Part shown: piece after piece, positions 1 to 6,869 of the stretch
Numbering within the stretch: the first letter of the stretch is position 1
Layout: every line of letters starts with the position of its first letter
NCBI GenBank assembly: GCA_040389905.1
Contig: JAZJZK010000066.1
Coordinates: 4,418-25,004, forward strand
Reading direction: 5' to 3'
Origin: Gemmatimonadota bacterium
GTDB taxonomy: Bacteria > Gemmatimonadota > Gemmatimonadetes > Gemmatimonadales > Gemmatimonadaceae
DNA: 20,587 bases
Program-made: the position numbers and the translations under genes
Notes under the pieces: model-generated
What the model was told of the DNA's origin: nothing
Database searches by the model: none
The model's input: the letters and a program-made list of their open reading frames with translations, nothing else

Positions 1-105
<105 letters not shown>

Positions 106-123
106 AGCCAGAAGGTGCGCAGT

Positions 124-166
124 TCCGCTCGTTTTGTCGCCCTGAGCGGAGCGAAGGGCCCGCACC
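124..166. repeat. 43-bp REP-like palindromic element, copy 1
   Basis: TCCGCTCGTTTTGTCGCCCTGAGCGGAGCGAAGGGCCCGCACC, with internal inverted repeat TCCGCTC/GAGCGGA; 40/43 identical to 3268-3310. Confidence 0.8.
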
Positions 167-174
167 ACTGCAGT

Positions 175-229
175 CCCTAGCTCCTAGCCTAGCTCCTAGC
201 CTCGCTCCTAGTCCCTCGTTCCTGGCCCT
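175..229. repeat. Degenerate pyrimidine-rich short tandem repeat (TCCTAGC/CTAGC-like units)
   Basis: ccctagctcctagcctagctcctagcctcgctcctagtccctcgttcctggccct, directly after the asparaginase stop. Confidence 0.75.
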
Positions 230-232
230 GTG

Positions 233-1204
233 TCATTTAGAAAATAGCTCCCGAATCTCCGAACACCCCATCCCCAGCCCCAACGCAAGCATCACATCGA
301 TGCGCGCCTGACCCGGCCTTTTCCCGTATGCGAAAATCGCTCCCGCCTCCAACACTCGGCGCCCTCCACCCGGGTAACCGTATGTCGGCCCCACGCGCCC
401 GCGTAGTGCGCGCGATGTAATGACCACGGGGCGACCGCTCTCCACCCACCGCACGATCCCATCGAACGCAAGCACCGGCACGTTCCCTCGGCCCATCGCG
501 GCGACGACCACCCCTTTCGCTCCTGACTCACGCGAAGCATCGAGTAGCCGGGCATCCGCACCCGCCCACATGTGCACGATGTCCACGGGGTCCGCTGGAC
601 GCTCCGGCATCAGCGGCGCAGGAATCTCGATCAGGTTGCGACGATAGCTGACATGACCCTCATCGATATCACCGAGCGCGCCGAGGCTCGGACTCTCGAA
701 TGCATCGCGCGCGTCCGTGTGCGTCTTGCTCACTTCCAGGGCGCTGTGAATGCGCTCACCGAGACACACGAGCGTGCCTTTTCCTCGAGACAGCGGCGAC
801 GCCGCCGCACGCGCCGCATCGAGGAGATTCGCTGGACCATCCCACCCCAGGTCACTGGCGTTGCGCATCGCCCCCGTGAAGACAACTGGCTTGTCCGGTG
901 GCAGCGAGCGCGCGACGATGTACGCGCTCTCCTCGAGTGCATCCGTCCCATGGGTGACGACCACGCCGTCGACCTCAGGCCGGGCGAGATGATCGCGAAT
1001 CCGGTTTCGCACCTCCCACATGCGCGCGACCGTCATGTGTGGCCCCGGAAACATTCCCCATTCGTCCACCTCGACCTCGGCAACCTCGGCGAGGCCGCGT
1101 GTCGCCTGCACGATTTCTTCGCCGCGCAGCGTCGGCACGGCACCGCCGGCGGCGGCATTGTGCTTCATCGAGATCGTACCGCCCGTGAAGAGAATGACGA
1201 TCAT
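233..1204 (-). CDS. L-asparaginase/glutaminase family protein (cytoplasmic, 323 aa)
   Basis: Catalytic motifs TGGTIS and VTHGTDALEES, plus KPVVFTGAMR and SKTHT. ATG at 1204 overlaps the SDR TGA (ATGA). No signal peptide. Confidence 0.92.
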   Translation of the reverse strand: MIVILFTGGTISMKHNAAAGGAVPTLRGEEIVQATRGLAEVAEVEVDEWGMFPGPHMTVARMWEVRNRIRDHLARPEVDGVVVTHGTDALEESAYIVARSLPPDKPVVFTGAMRNASDLGWDGPANLLDAARAAASPLSRGKGTLVCLGERIHSALEVSKTHTDARDAFESPSLGALGDIDEGHVSYRRNLIEIPAPLMPERPADPVDIVHMWAGADARLLDASRESGAKGVVVAAMGRGNVPVLAFDGIVRWVESGRPVVITSRALRGRVGPTYGYPGGGRRVLEAGAIFAYGKRPGQARIDVMLALGLGMGCSEIRELFSK

Positions 1205-1956
1205 CCGCAGAGCACGCTGCCACCATTCACGTTGAGGATCTCGCCGGTCACGTGCCGAGCGAGCGATGAACAGAGAAACACGATCGGCCCCGCGATGTCG
1301 TCGGACGACGCAATCCGCCCGAGCGGAATGCCCCGTTCGATGCGTGCCCTCCCCTCGTTCGCGAAGGGATCCGCACACATCTCCGTGTCCACCCATCCAG
1401 GTGCCACGGAATTCACTGTGACATCACGCGCCGCCAGCTCGATCGCGAGCGACTTCGTGAAGGAGATCACGGCTCCCTTGCTCGTTCCGTAGTCGGCATG
1501 GAATGACTCACCGCGTTGCCCTGCCGTACTCGACACGAGGACGATGCGGCCGCCGTCCGTAATCGCGCGAACGACCGCGCGCGTTGTGTAAAACACGGAA
1601 TCGACGTTCTCGCGCATCGTATTCGCCCACCGCTCGTCGTCCATCTCTGCCACGCTCGTCTCGACAGATGGCCATATGCCCGCATTCGCGACGAACAGGT
1701 CCAGCCCACCAAGGGTCTCGACGGTAAAACCCACGAGATCCTCGGCGCCGGCGCGCGTCGAAATGTCGGAGGCGCGCGCCGCGGCATTCACTCCCAGCGC
1801 CACGAGTTCCGCGACGACCGACTCCGCATCCGCCGTTCGCGACCGATAGCCGATGACGACGTCCGCCCCGGCTCGTGCGAGCAGTCGCGCCGTCGCCGCA
1901 CCGATGCCACGGGAACCGCCGGTCACGAGCGCTCGCCGGCCCCTCAGATCGATCAT
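1201..1956 (-). CDS. Classical SDR oxidoreductase (FabG/3-oxoacyl-ACP reductase-like)
   Basis: TGGSRGIG Rossmann motif, ANAG, catalytic YGTSK (YxxxK), VNSVAPGWVDT, C-terminal TGEILNVNGG. Confidence 0.92.
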   Translation of the reverse strand: MIDLRGRRALVTGGSRGIGAATARLLARAGADVVIGYRSRTADAESVVAELVALGVNAAARASDISTRAGAEDLVGFTVETLGGLDLFVANAGIWPSVETSVAEMDDERWANTMRENVDSVFYTTRAVVRAITDGGRIVLVSSTAGQRGESFHADYGTSKGAVISFTKSLAIELAARDVTVNSVAPGWVDTEMCADPFANEGRARIERGIPLGRIASSDDIAGPIVFLCSSLARHVTGEILNVNGGSVLCG

Positions 1957-2516
1957 AGCGATTGCTCCACGATGTCACAAATGATGTGCTCGATACACAT
2001 GTGAATCTCCTGTGCGCGATCGGTGCGCGATGTCGGGATGATCACGCTGTGATCTGCGAGCTCGCGCAGCGCGCCGCCGTCTCGAGCGCTGAATGCCAGC
2101 ACGGGAACGCTCTTCTCATGGGCAGCGTCCGCCGCGCGCAGCACGTTCGGTGAGTTGCCGCTCGTCGAGTGGATGATCAGCAAGTCGCCCGGTTTCGCGA
2201 GGGCCTCGATCTGCCGCGCGAACACATTCTCGTAGCCGATGTCGTTCGCCGCCGCCGTCAGCAGGGACGTGTCCGTTGTGAGCGCGATCGCTGGATACGC
2301 GCGACGATTCCGCATGTAACGCACCACATACTCCGTCGCGAGATGCTGGGCGTCCGCCGCACTTCCTCCGTTCCCACAGAAAAACAGGGTCCCGCGGCGC
2401 GCGACCGCGGCCTGCACCATCGCGAGCGCGCGTTGCATATCACTCTCGAGCTCCGTCGCCACCTGCTCTGCCGTGGCCGCGAGCTCGCGGAGCGCAATCG
2501 AAAAGGGCGATGTCAT
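1953..2516 (-). CDS. gmhA: Sedoheptulose 7-phosphate isomerase (SIS domain)
   Basis: CGNGGSAADAQHLATE, ALTTDTS, STSGNSPNV and QEIH motifs; 187 aa. The paralogue DiaA cannot be fully excluded. Confidence 0.85.
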   Translation of the reverse strand: MTSPFSIALRELAATAEQVATELESDMQRALAMVQAAVARRGTLFFCGNGGSAADAQHLATEYVVRYMRNRRAYPAIALTTDTSLLTAAANDIGYENVFARQIEALAKPGDLLIIHSTSGNSPNVLRAADAAHEKSVPVLAFSARDGGALRELADHSVIIPTSRTDRAQEIHMCIEHIICDIVEQSL

Positions 2517-3265
2517 CGGGACAGGAACATCTCGCGAAGTCGGCCGAAGATTCCGCCGGACGACCGGAGCGGTGGCGCGGCGAGGACGGGCTCGCCCGCG
2601 AGGAGACGAGCGGCGTTCGTGTGCGTGAGCAGATCCGCATGCTCTTGCGTCGAAACCTCGAGGAGCCAGTCACGCGCCGTGGCCAGCGAACGGGAGTCAC
2701 CGTGATTGTCACTCGAAAAAAGGTCGCAGAGCCCTTCCTCCACCAGCGCACGCGACAACTTCGACTTCGGCCCGCGACCCAGTAGCCCCCCGGTATCCAT
2801 TTGAATGACGGCACCGGCGTGCCGCCACTCCTCGACGAGATCGAGCGTGCACCCATGATATCGCTCCGGGTGCGCGAGTACGGGCACCACGCCGGAACAA
2901 CGAATCCGATAGAGCTCGTCGCCAGCGGTGATCGGGACGCGCATGTGCGGAAACTCAACGAGCACCGCCCGCGATCCGCCGAGGTGCAGATGCGCCGGCC
3001 GCAAATCTCCGCCTGGTTCGTCGAGCATGATCTCCCACCCGAGCCGCAGTTCAAGGCTCCGCGGTGCGACCGTCTTCAGTTCTTCGAGGATCGCAAGATT
3101 CCGCTCCCACGGCGCGGTGGGTATTTGCGTCACGGTCAGGTGCGGCGTGAGCACAAGAACTTCAACCCCATCTGCCGCGAAGCGGTCGAGCACGGGGAGC
3201 GATTGTTCGACGGATTGCGATCCGTCGTCGACGCCCGGCAGCAGGTGACAGTGAATATCGATCAT
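2513..3265 (-). CDS. PHP-family Mn-dependent tyrosine-protein phosphatase (CpsB/CapC/YwqE-like), 250 aa
   Basis: MIDIHCHLLPGVDDG start, TPH, AHPERY and SDNH metal-binding motifs; ATG at 3265 overlaps the upstream TGA. Confidence 0.9.
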   Translation of the reverse strand: MIDIHCHLLPGVDDGSQSVEQSLPVLDRFAADGVEVLVLTPHLTVTQIPTAPWERNLAILEELKTVAPRSLELRLGWEIMLDEPGGDLRPAHLHLGGSRAVLVEFPHMRVPITAGDELYRIRCSGVVPVLAHPERYHGCTLDLVEEWRHAGAVIQMDTGGLLGRGPKSKLSRALVEEGLCDLFSSDNHGDSRSLATARDWLLEVSTQEHADLLTHTNAARLLAGEPVLAAPPLRSSGGIFGRLREMFLSR

Positions 3266-3642
3266 GCTCCGCTCGTTTTGTCGCCGTGAGCGAAGCGAAG
3301 GGCCTGCACCTGCTGTTCCTCCGAAGTCGTCGACGCTGTCGCAAGCGTCGCGATGCGATCCATGGCGGCCGACGCCAGAGCGCATGCGTCCGCCGACTGT
3401 TCTCCCGCGGCCTCGAACGCGTACGTCACCAGTGCGTCTGCCGCGAGCAAATCCAGCGCGGACGCGCGCGACGTCTCGTCGCGCATGAGGCGCGCAGCGA
3501 TGCGCTCCCCCGCGTCCAGAAACAGCGCCGGCGCGCGCTCCAACGGTTCGGCGAGCGCGGACTCCAATGCAGCATCCAAACGCGCCGCTAAAGCGGGCGG
3601 CGGCTTCGGCGAGCGCGCGTGAAGCCACTCACCGACGGTCAC
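3262..3642 (-). CDS. Hypothetical alpha-helical protein (126 aa)
   Basis: GTG start overlaps the alaS TGA and its TGA overlaps the phosphatase ATG, so it fills the gap exactly. Ala/Leu-rich (LDLLAADALVTYAFEAA). Confidence 0.75.
   Translation of the reverse strand: MTVGEWLHARSPKPPPALAARLDAALESALAEPLERAPALFLDAGERIAARLMRDETSRASALDLLAADALVTYAFEAAGEQSADACALASAAMDRIATLATASTTSEEQQVQALRFAHGDKTSGA
3268..3310. repeat. 43-bp REP-like element, copy 2, inside the 3' end of the hypothetical CDS
   Basis: TCCGCTCGTTTTGTCGCCGTGAGCGAAGCGAAGGGCCTGCACC; three substitutions relative to 124-166, same orientation. Confidence 0.8.
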
Positions 3643-6407
3643 GTTCCAGCCACGATCGCGGAGACCAACCGCGGCGCTGCCTCCAACGCGGCCGCGAGCA
3701 GCGTAACGTCCGGAACGCCCGCTTGCGCCATGTGCGGCTTGCCTCCGCCACGGCCGCCGGCAACAGCCGCCACATCGCGAACGATCGCGTCGGCACGAAT
3801 GCCCTTTTCCCGTAAACCGTCCGTCACGACCGCGAGGAGCGCACCCTTGCCATCCTCGAGCCGCGCGGCCAGCACGCCGACGCCATTCGTGAGCTGCTCG
3901 CGGAGTGCGTCGCCCATAGCCTGCAGCGACTTCATGTCCGACACACGGACTTCGCCGATGACGAGCGTCGCACCACTCGAACCGATCGGCTGCGCCGAGG
4001 CGATCAGCGCCTGGAGTTCGTCACCGCCGCCACGCATCGCCTCGTCGAGCTTCTTCTCCAACGCGCGCCGCTCATCCAACAGACTGTGGACGCGCTTCTC
4101 CACGCCGTCGACGGGCGACTTCACCAGCTCGGCGATGCGGAGCAGCGCGGTCTCGCGAGCGCGCAACTGCATGAACGCACCGGGCCCGGTCAACGCCTCG
4201 ATCCGGCGCACGCCACTGGCGACGCCCGTCTCACTGAGCAGCACGAACAAACCGATCTCCGACGTGTTCCGGACATGCGTTCCGCCGCACAGTTCCATCG
4301 ACACACCGGGGACATCGACGACACGGACGACGTCGCCGTACTTCTCACCGAACAACGCCATCGCGCCCTTCGCGCGCGCGTCCGGATACGGCATTTCTGT
4401 CCACGTCACCGGCAACGCACGCCAGATTTCCGCGTTCACGAGCGACTCGACGTTCGCGAGCTTGTCCCCGCTCACCGGACCATGATGCGTGAAATCGAAT
4501 CGCAACCGGTCTGGCGCCACGAGCGAGCCCGCCTGGTGCACCGCATCTCCCAACACTTGGCGTAATGCCGAGTGTAAAAGGTGCGTCGCGGTGTGATTGC
4601 GCTCGGTATCCTTCCGCCGCTCACTCGGCACACGCGCCGTCACTCGGCCCCAGTGGAACTCGCCGGTGAGCCGCCCCAGCGCGGCGGAACGTCCTTCGAT
4701 CTTGCGCACACCATCCACGTCGATGCGCCAGCCATCGCCGACGATCTCGCCGACATCGGCGATCTGTCCGCCGGATTCCGCGTAGAACGGCGACTCCCGC
4801 AGCAGAACGGCGACGCGATCGTCGCCGATACGCCGCAGCGCGACGACCCCTGTTTGCACCTCGATGACATCGTACCCCACGAAACGCGACGTCTGGGGTT
4901 CGTACGTCTCGAGGCTTTCCCACCCGGCAAGATCGCCAAGTGCGTCTGCCTGGACGCTGAGTTGCCGAGACTTGCGTTCATCTTTCGAGCGCGTTCGCTG
5001 TTCGCCGAGTGCCGCCTCGAAGCCTGGGATGTCGACGGTATATCCGCGCTCGTGCGCCATCAGCTCCGTCAGGTCGATCGGAAAGCCAAACGTGTCGTAC
5101 AGCCGGAACGCATCCTCGCCGCTGACCGTCCCCTTGTCCATCGCATCCGCCGGCGCGAGCTGGTCGAAGCGCGCCATTCCCCCCTCGATCGTCGCAAGGA
5201 ACGCCTGCTCCTCGACGCGCGTCGTCTGGATGATGTGCTCCGCACGCGTGCGCAACTCCGGATAGACATCACCCATCGACGCGATGAGCGTCTGCACGAC
5301 GTGCACGAGCGTCGGCTCGCGCCGTCCGAGCAGATACGCATGCCGCACCGCGCGGCGCAGAATGCGCCGCAGCACGTAGCCGCGCCCTTCATTGCTCGGG
5401 AACACCCCATCGGTCAGCAGGAAGGCGACCGCGCGTGCATGGTCGGCGAGGACGCGAAAGGACGCCGGGTCCACCGCGTTCTGCACCACGCCGCCGCCCG
5501 CGATCTGTACGCCGGTCCGCAGTTCGTCACTCTCCCTACCCCAATACGCCACGCCCACGGTCTTCTCGACCGTTGTAATCAAGTCCGCGAAGACATCAGT
5601 GTGATAGTTGTTGGTGACTCCCTGCTTCACCGCCGCGATGCGCTCCAGCCCTGCGCCAGTATCCACCGACGGCTTCGGCAGCGGCACCAGCGAGCCATCA
5701 GGCTGCTTGTCGAACTGCATGAAGACGAGGTTCCAGATCTCCAGGAAGCGCCCCGCCTCCCCACCTTCGACGAACGCCTCGTGTGAGAACTCCTCGCGCG
5801 ACATGTCCGTCCACTCGCCACTCGCCCCGTCCGGAAAACGGAAATCCGTCGCGACTTTTGCCAGGTCCACGAAGATCTCCGTGCACGGGCCGCACGGCCC
5901 CGTGTCCGCCATCTGCCAGAAGTTGTCCTTGTCGCCAAGCCGGTAGATGCGCGTGGGCGAGATCCCCGCGATCTCCTGCCAGAGCTCCGCTGCCTCATCG
6001 TCCGTGTGGTGCACACTCACGCGGAGCAGCGACGGGTCGATCGCGAGATGATCGGGGCTCGTGAGCAACTCCCAGGCGAAGCGAATGGCGTCGCGCTTGA
6101 AATAGTCGCCGAAGGAAAAGTTGCCCAGCATCTCGAAGAACGTGTGGTGACGCGCCGTGTGTCCCACCTGCTCCAGATCGTTGTGCTTTCCGCCAGCGCG
6201 CACACACTTCTGCGCGGTGGTCGCTCGCCGCTTCCCATCGGGCGCGCCCTCCATGCCGACGAAGACCTTCTTGAACGGGACCATGCCCGCGTTGACGAAC
6301 AGCAACGTCGGGTCGTCGGCGGGCACGAGCGACGCGCTCGCGCGAACGACATGGTCCTGTGATGCGAAGTAATCGAGAAAGCGGCGGCGTATTTCGGATG
6401 AACGCAT
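3639..6407 (-). CDS. alaS: Alanine--tRNA ligase (922 aa)
   Basis: DPTLLFVNAGM, RHHTFFEMLGNFSFGDYFK, GPCGPC, DTGAGLER, editing motifs HTATH and ELCGGTH, C-terminal GGRGGG. Start at MRSSEIRRRF (6407). Confidence 0.98.
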   Translation of the reverse strand: MRSSEIRRRFLDYFASQDHVVRASASLVPADDPTLLFVNAGMVPFKKVFVGMEGAPDGKRRATTAQKCVRAGGKHNDLEQVGHTARHHTFFEMLGNFSFGDYFKRDAIRFAWELLTSPDHLAIDPSLLRVSVHHTDDEAAELWQEIAGISPTRIYRLGDKDNFWQMADTGPCGPCTEIFVDLAKVATDFRFPDGASGEWTDMSREEFSHEAFVEGGEAGRFLEIWNLVFMQFDKQPDGSLVPLPKPSVDTGAGLERIAAVKQGVTNNYHTDVFADLITTVEKTVGVAYWGRESDELRTGVQIAGGGVVQNAVDPASFRVLADHARAVAFLLTDGVFPSNEGRGYVLRRILRRAVRHAYLLGRREPTLVHVVQTLIASMGDVYPELRTRAEHIIQTTRVEEQAFLATIEGGMARFDQLAPADAMDKGTVSGEDAFRLYDTFGFPIDLTELMAHERGYTVDIPGFEAALGEQRTRSKDERKSRQLSVQADALGDLAGWESLETYEPQTSRFVGYDVIEVQTGVVALRRIGDDRVAVLLRESPFYAESGGQIADVGEIVGDGWRIDVDGVRKIEGRSAALGRLTGEFHWGRVTARVPSERRKDTERNHTATHLLHSALRQVLGDAVHQAGSLVAPDRLRFDFTHHGPVSGDKLANVESLVNAEIWRALPVTWTEMPYPDARAKGAMALFGEKYGDVVRVVDVPGVSMELCGGTHVRNTSEIGLFVLLSETGVASGVRRIEALTGPGAFMQLRARETALLRIAELVKSPVDGVEKRVHSLLDERRALEKKLDEAMRGGGDELQALIASAQPIGSSGATLVIGEVRVSDMKSLQAMGDALREQLTNGVGVLAARLEDGKGALLAVVTDGLREKGIRADAIVRDVAAVAGGRGGGKPHMAQAGVPDVTLLAAALEAAPRLVSAIVAGT

Positions 6408-6413
6408 CCGCTC

Positions 6414-6419
6414 AATATA
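6414..6419 (-). promoter_or_regulatory. Putative -10 element (TATATT) of a leaderless alaS transcript
   Basis: Minus strand reads TATATT-gagcgg-ATG; no strong SD and no well-spaced -35. Confidence 0.45.
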
Positions 6420-6484
6420 CGGGGAACACCGGGCACCTCGGGAGTCCAACTCGCGTTCTCTCGGCCCACCGAACACCCCGGCGC

Positions 6485-6531
6485 TTGACTTCGCCCGCCG
6501 TCATGGTGCATTCTTCCCATTACTTGGGAAG
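6485..6531 (+). promoter_or_regulatory. padR promoter (TTGACT-N18-CATTCT) with overlapping palindromic operator CTTCCCA-N5-TGGGAAG
   Basis: -35 at 6485-6490, -10 at 6509-6514, perfect 7-bp inverted repeat at 6513-6531 next to the SD GGGGAG. Confidence 0.6.
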
Positions 6532-6539
6532 GGGAGACC

Positions 6540-6869
6540 ATGCGCCAGCCGATGGACTTGCTGCAGGGAACGCTCGACGTGCTCATTTTGCGCACGCTTG
6601 TCTGGGGTCCGATGCATGGGTACGCCGTGTCGAGGTGGATTCGTGATCGGACGGAGGACACGCTCCAGATCGAGGACGCGCCCCTCTACAAGGCCCTGCA
6701 CCGCCTCGAGAAGGCAGAGTGGGTGACAGCCCAGTGGGGTCTCTCGGAAAACAACCGCCGAGCACGATTCTATCGCCTCACGCCGGCCGGCCGGAAGCAA
6801 CTCAAGGCGGAGGAAGCGGCGTGGCGCAGCTACGCCAAAGCGGTGTTCCAGGTGCTGGAGCCCGCATGA
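6540..6869 (+). CDS. PadR-family transcriptional regulator (acidobacterial type)
   Basis: LLQGTLDVLILRTL..GPMHGYAV, LYKALHRLE, WGLSENNRRARFYRLTPAGRKQL; SD GGGGAG upstream. Confidence 0.95.
   Translation: MRQPMDLLQGTLDVLILRTLVWGPMHGYAVSRWIRDRTEDTLQIEDAPLYKALHRLEKAEWVTAQWGLSENNRRARFYRLTPAGRKQLKAEEAAWRSYAKAVFQVLEPA

Noticed and set aside
1205..1396. N-terminal extensions given by the ORF track (asparaginase to 1396, phosphatase to 3628, alaS to 6476, permease from 6719, recA to 11619, hypothetical to 14881, pilT to 20229)
   Set aside because: Most overlap upstream genes in other frames. The downstream ATGs match family N-termini and are supported by clean stop/start overlaps, an SD or promoter geometry.
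4581..5786. 401-aa ORF antisense to alaS, and similar shadow ORFs opposite asparaginase, recA, ftsK, comB and pilT
   Set aside because: Antisense shadows of conserved genes, with skewed composition (Arg/His- or Ser/Thr/Ala-rich) and no domain signal.
6408..6484. T-box riboswitch upstream of alaS
   Set aside because: Region is too short, has no T-box consensus, and the promoter geometry suggests a leaderless transcript.
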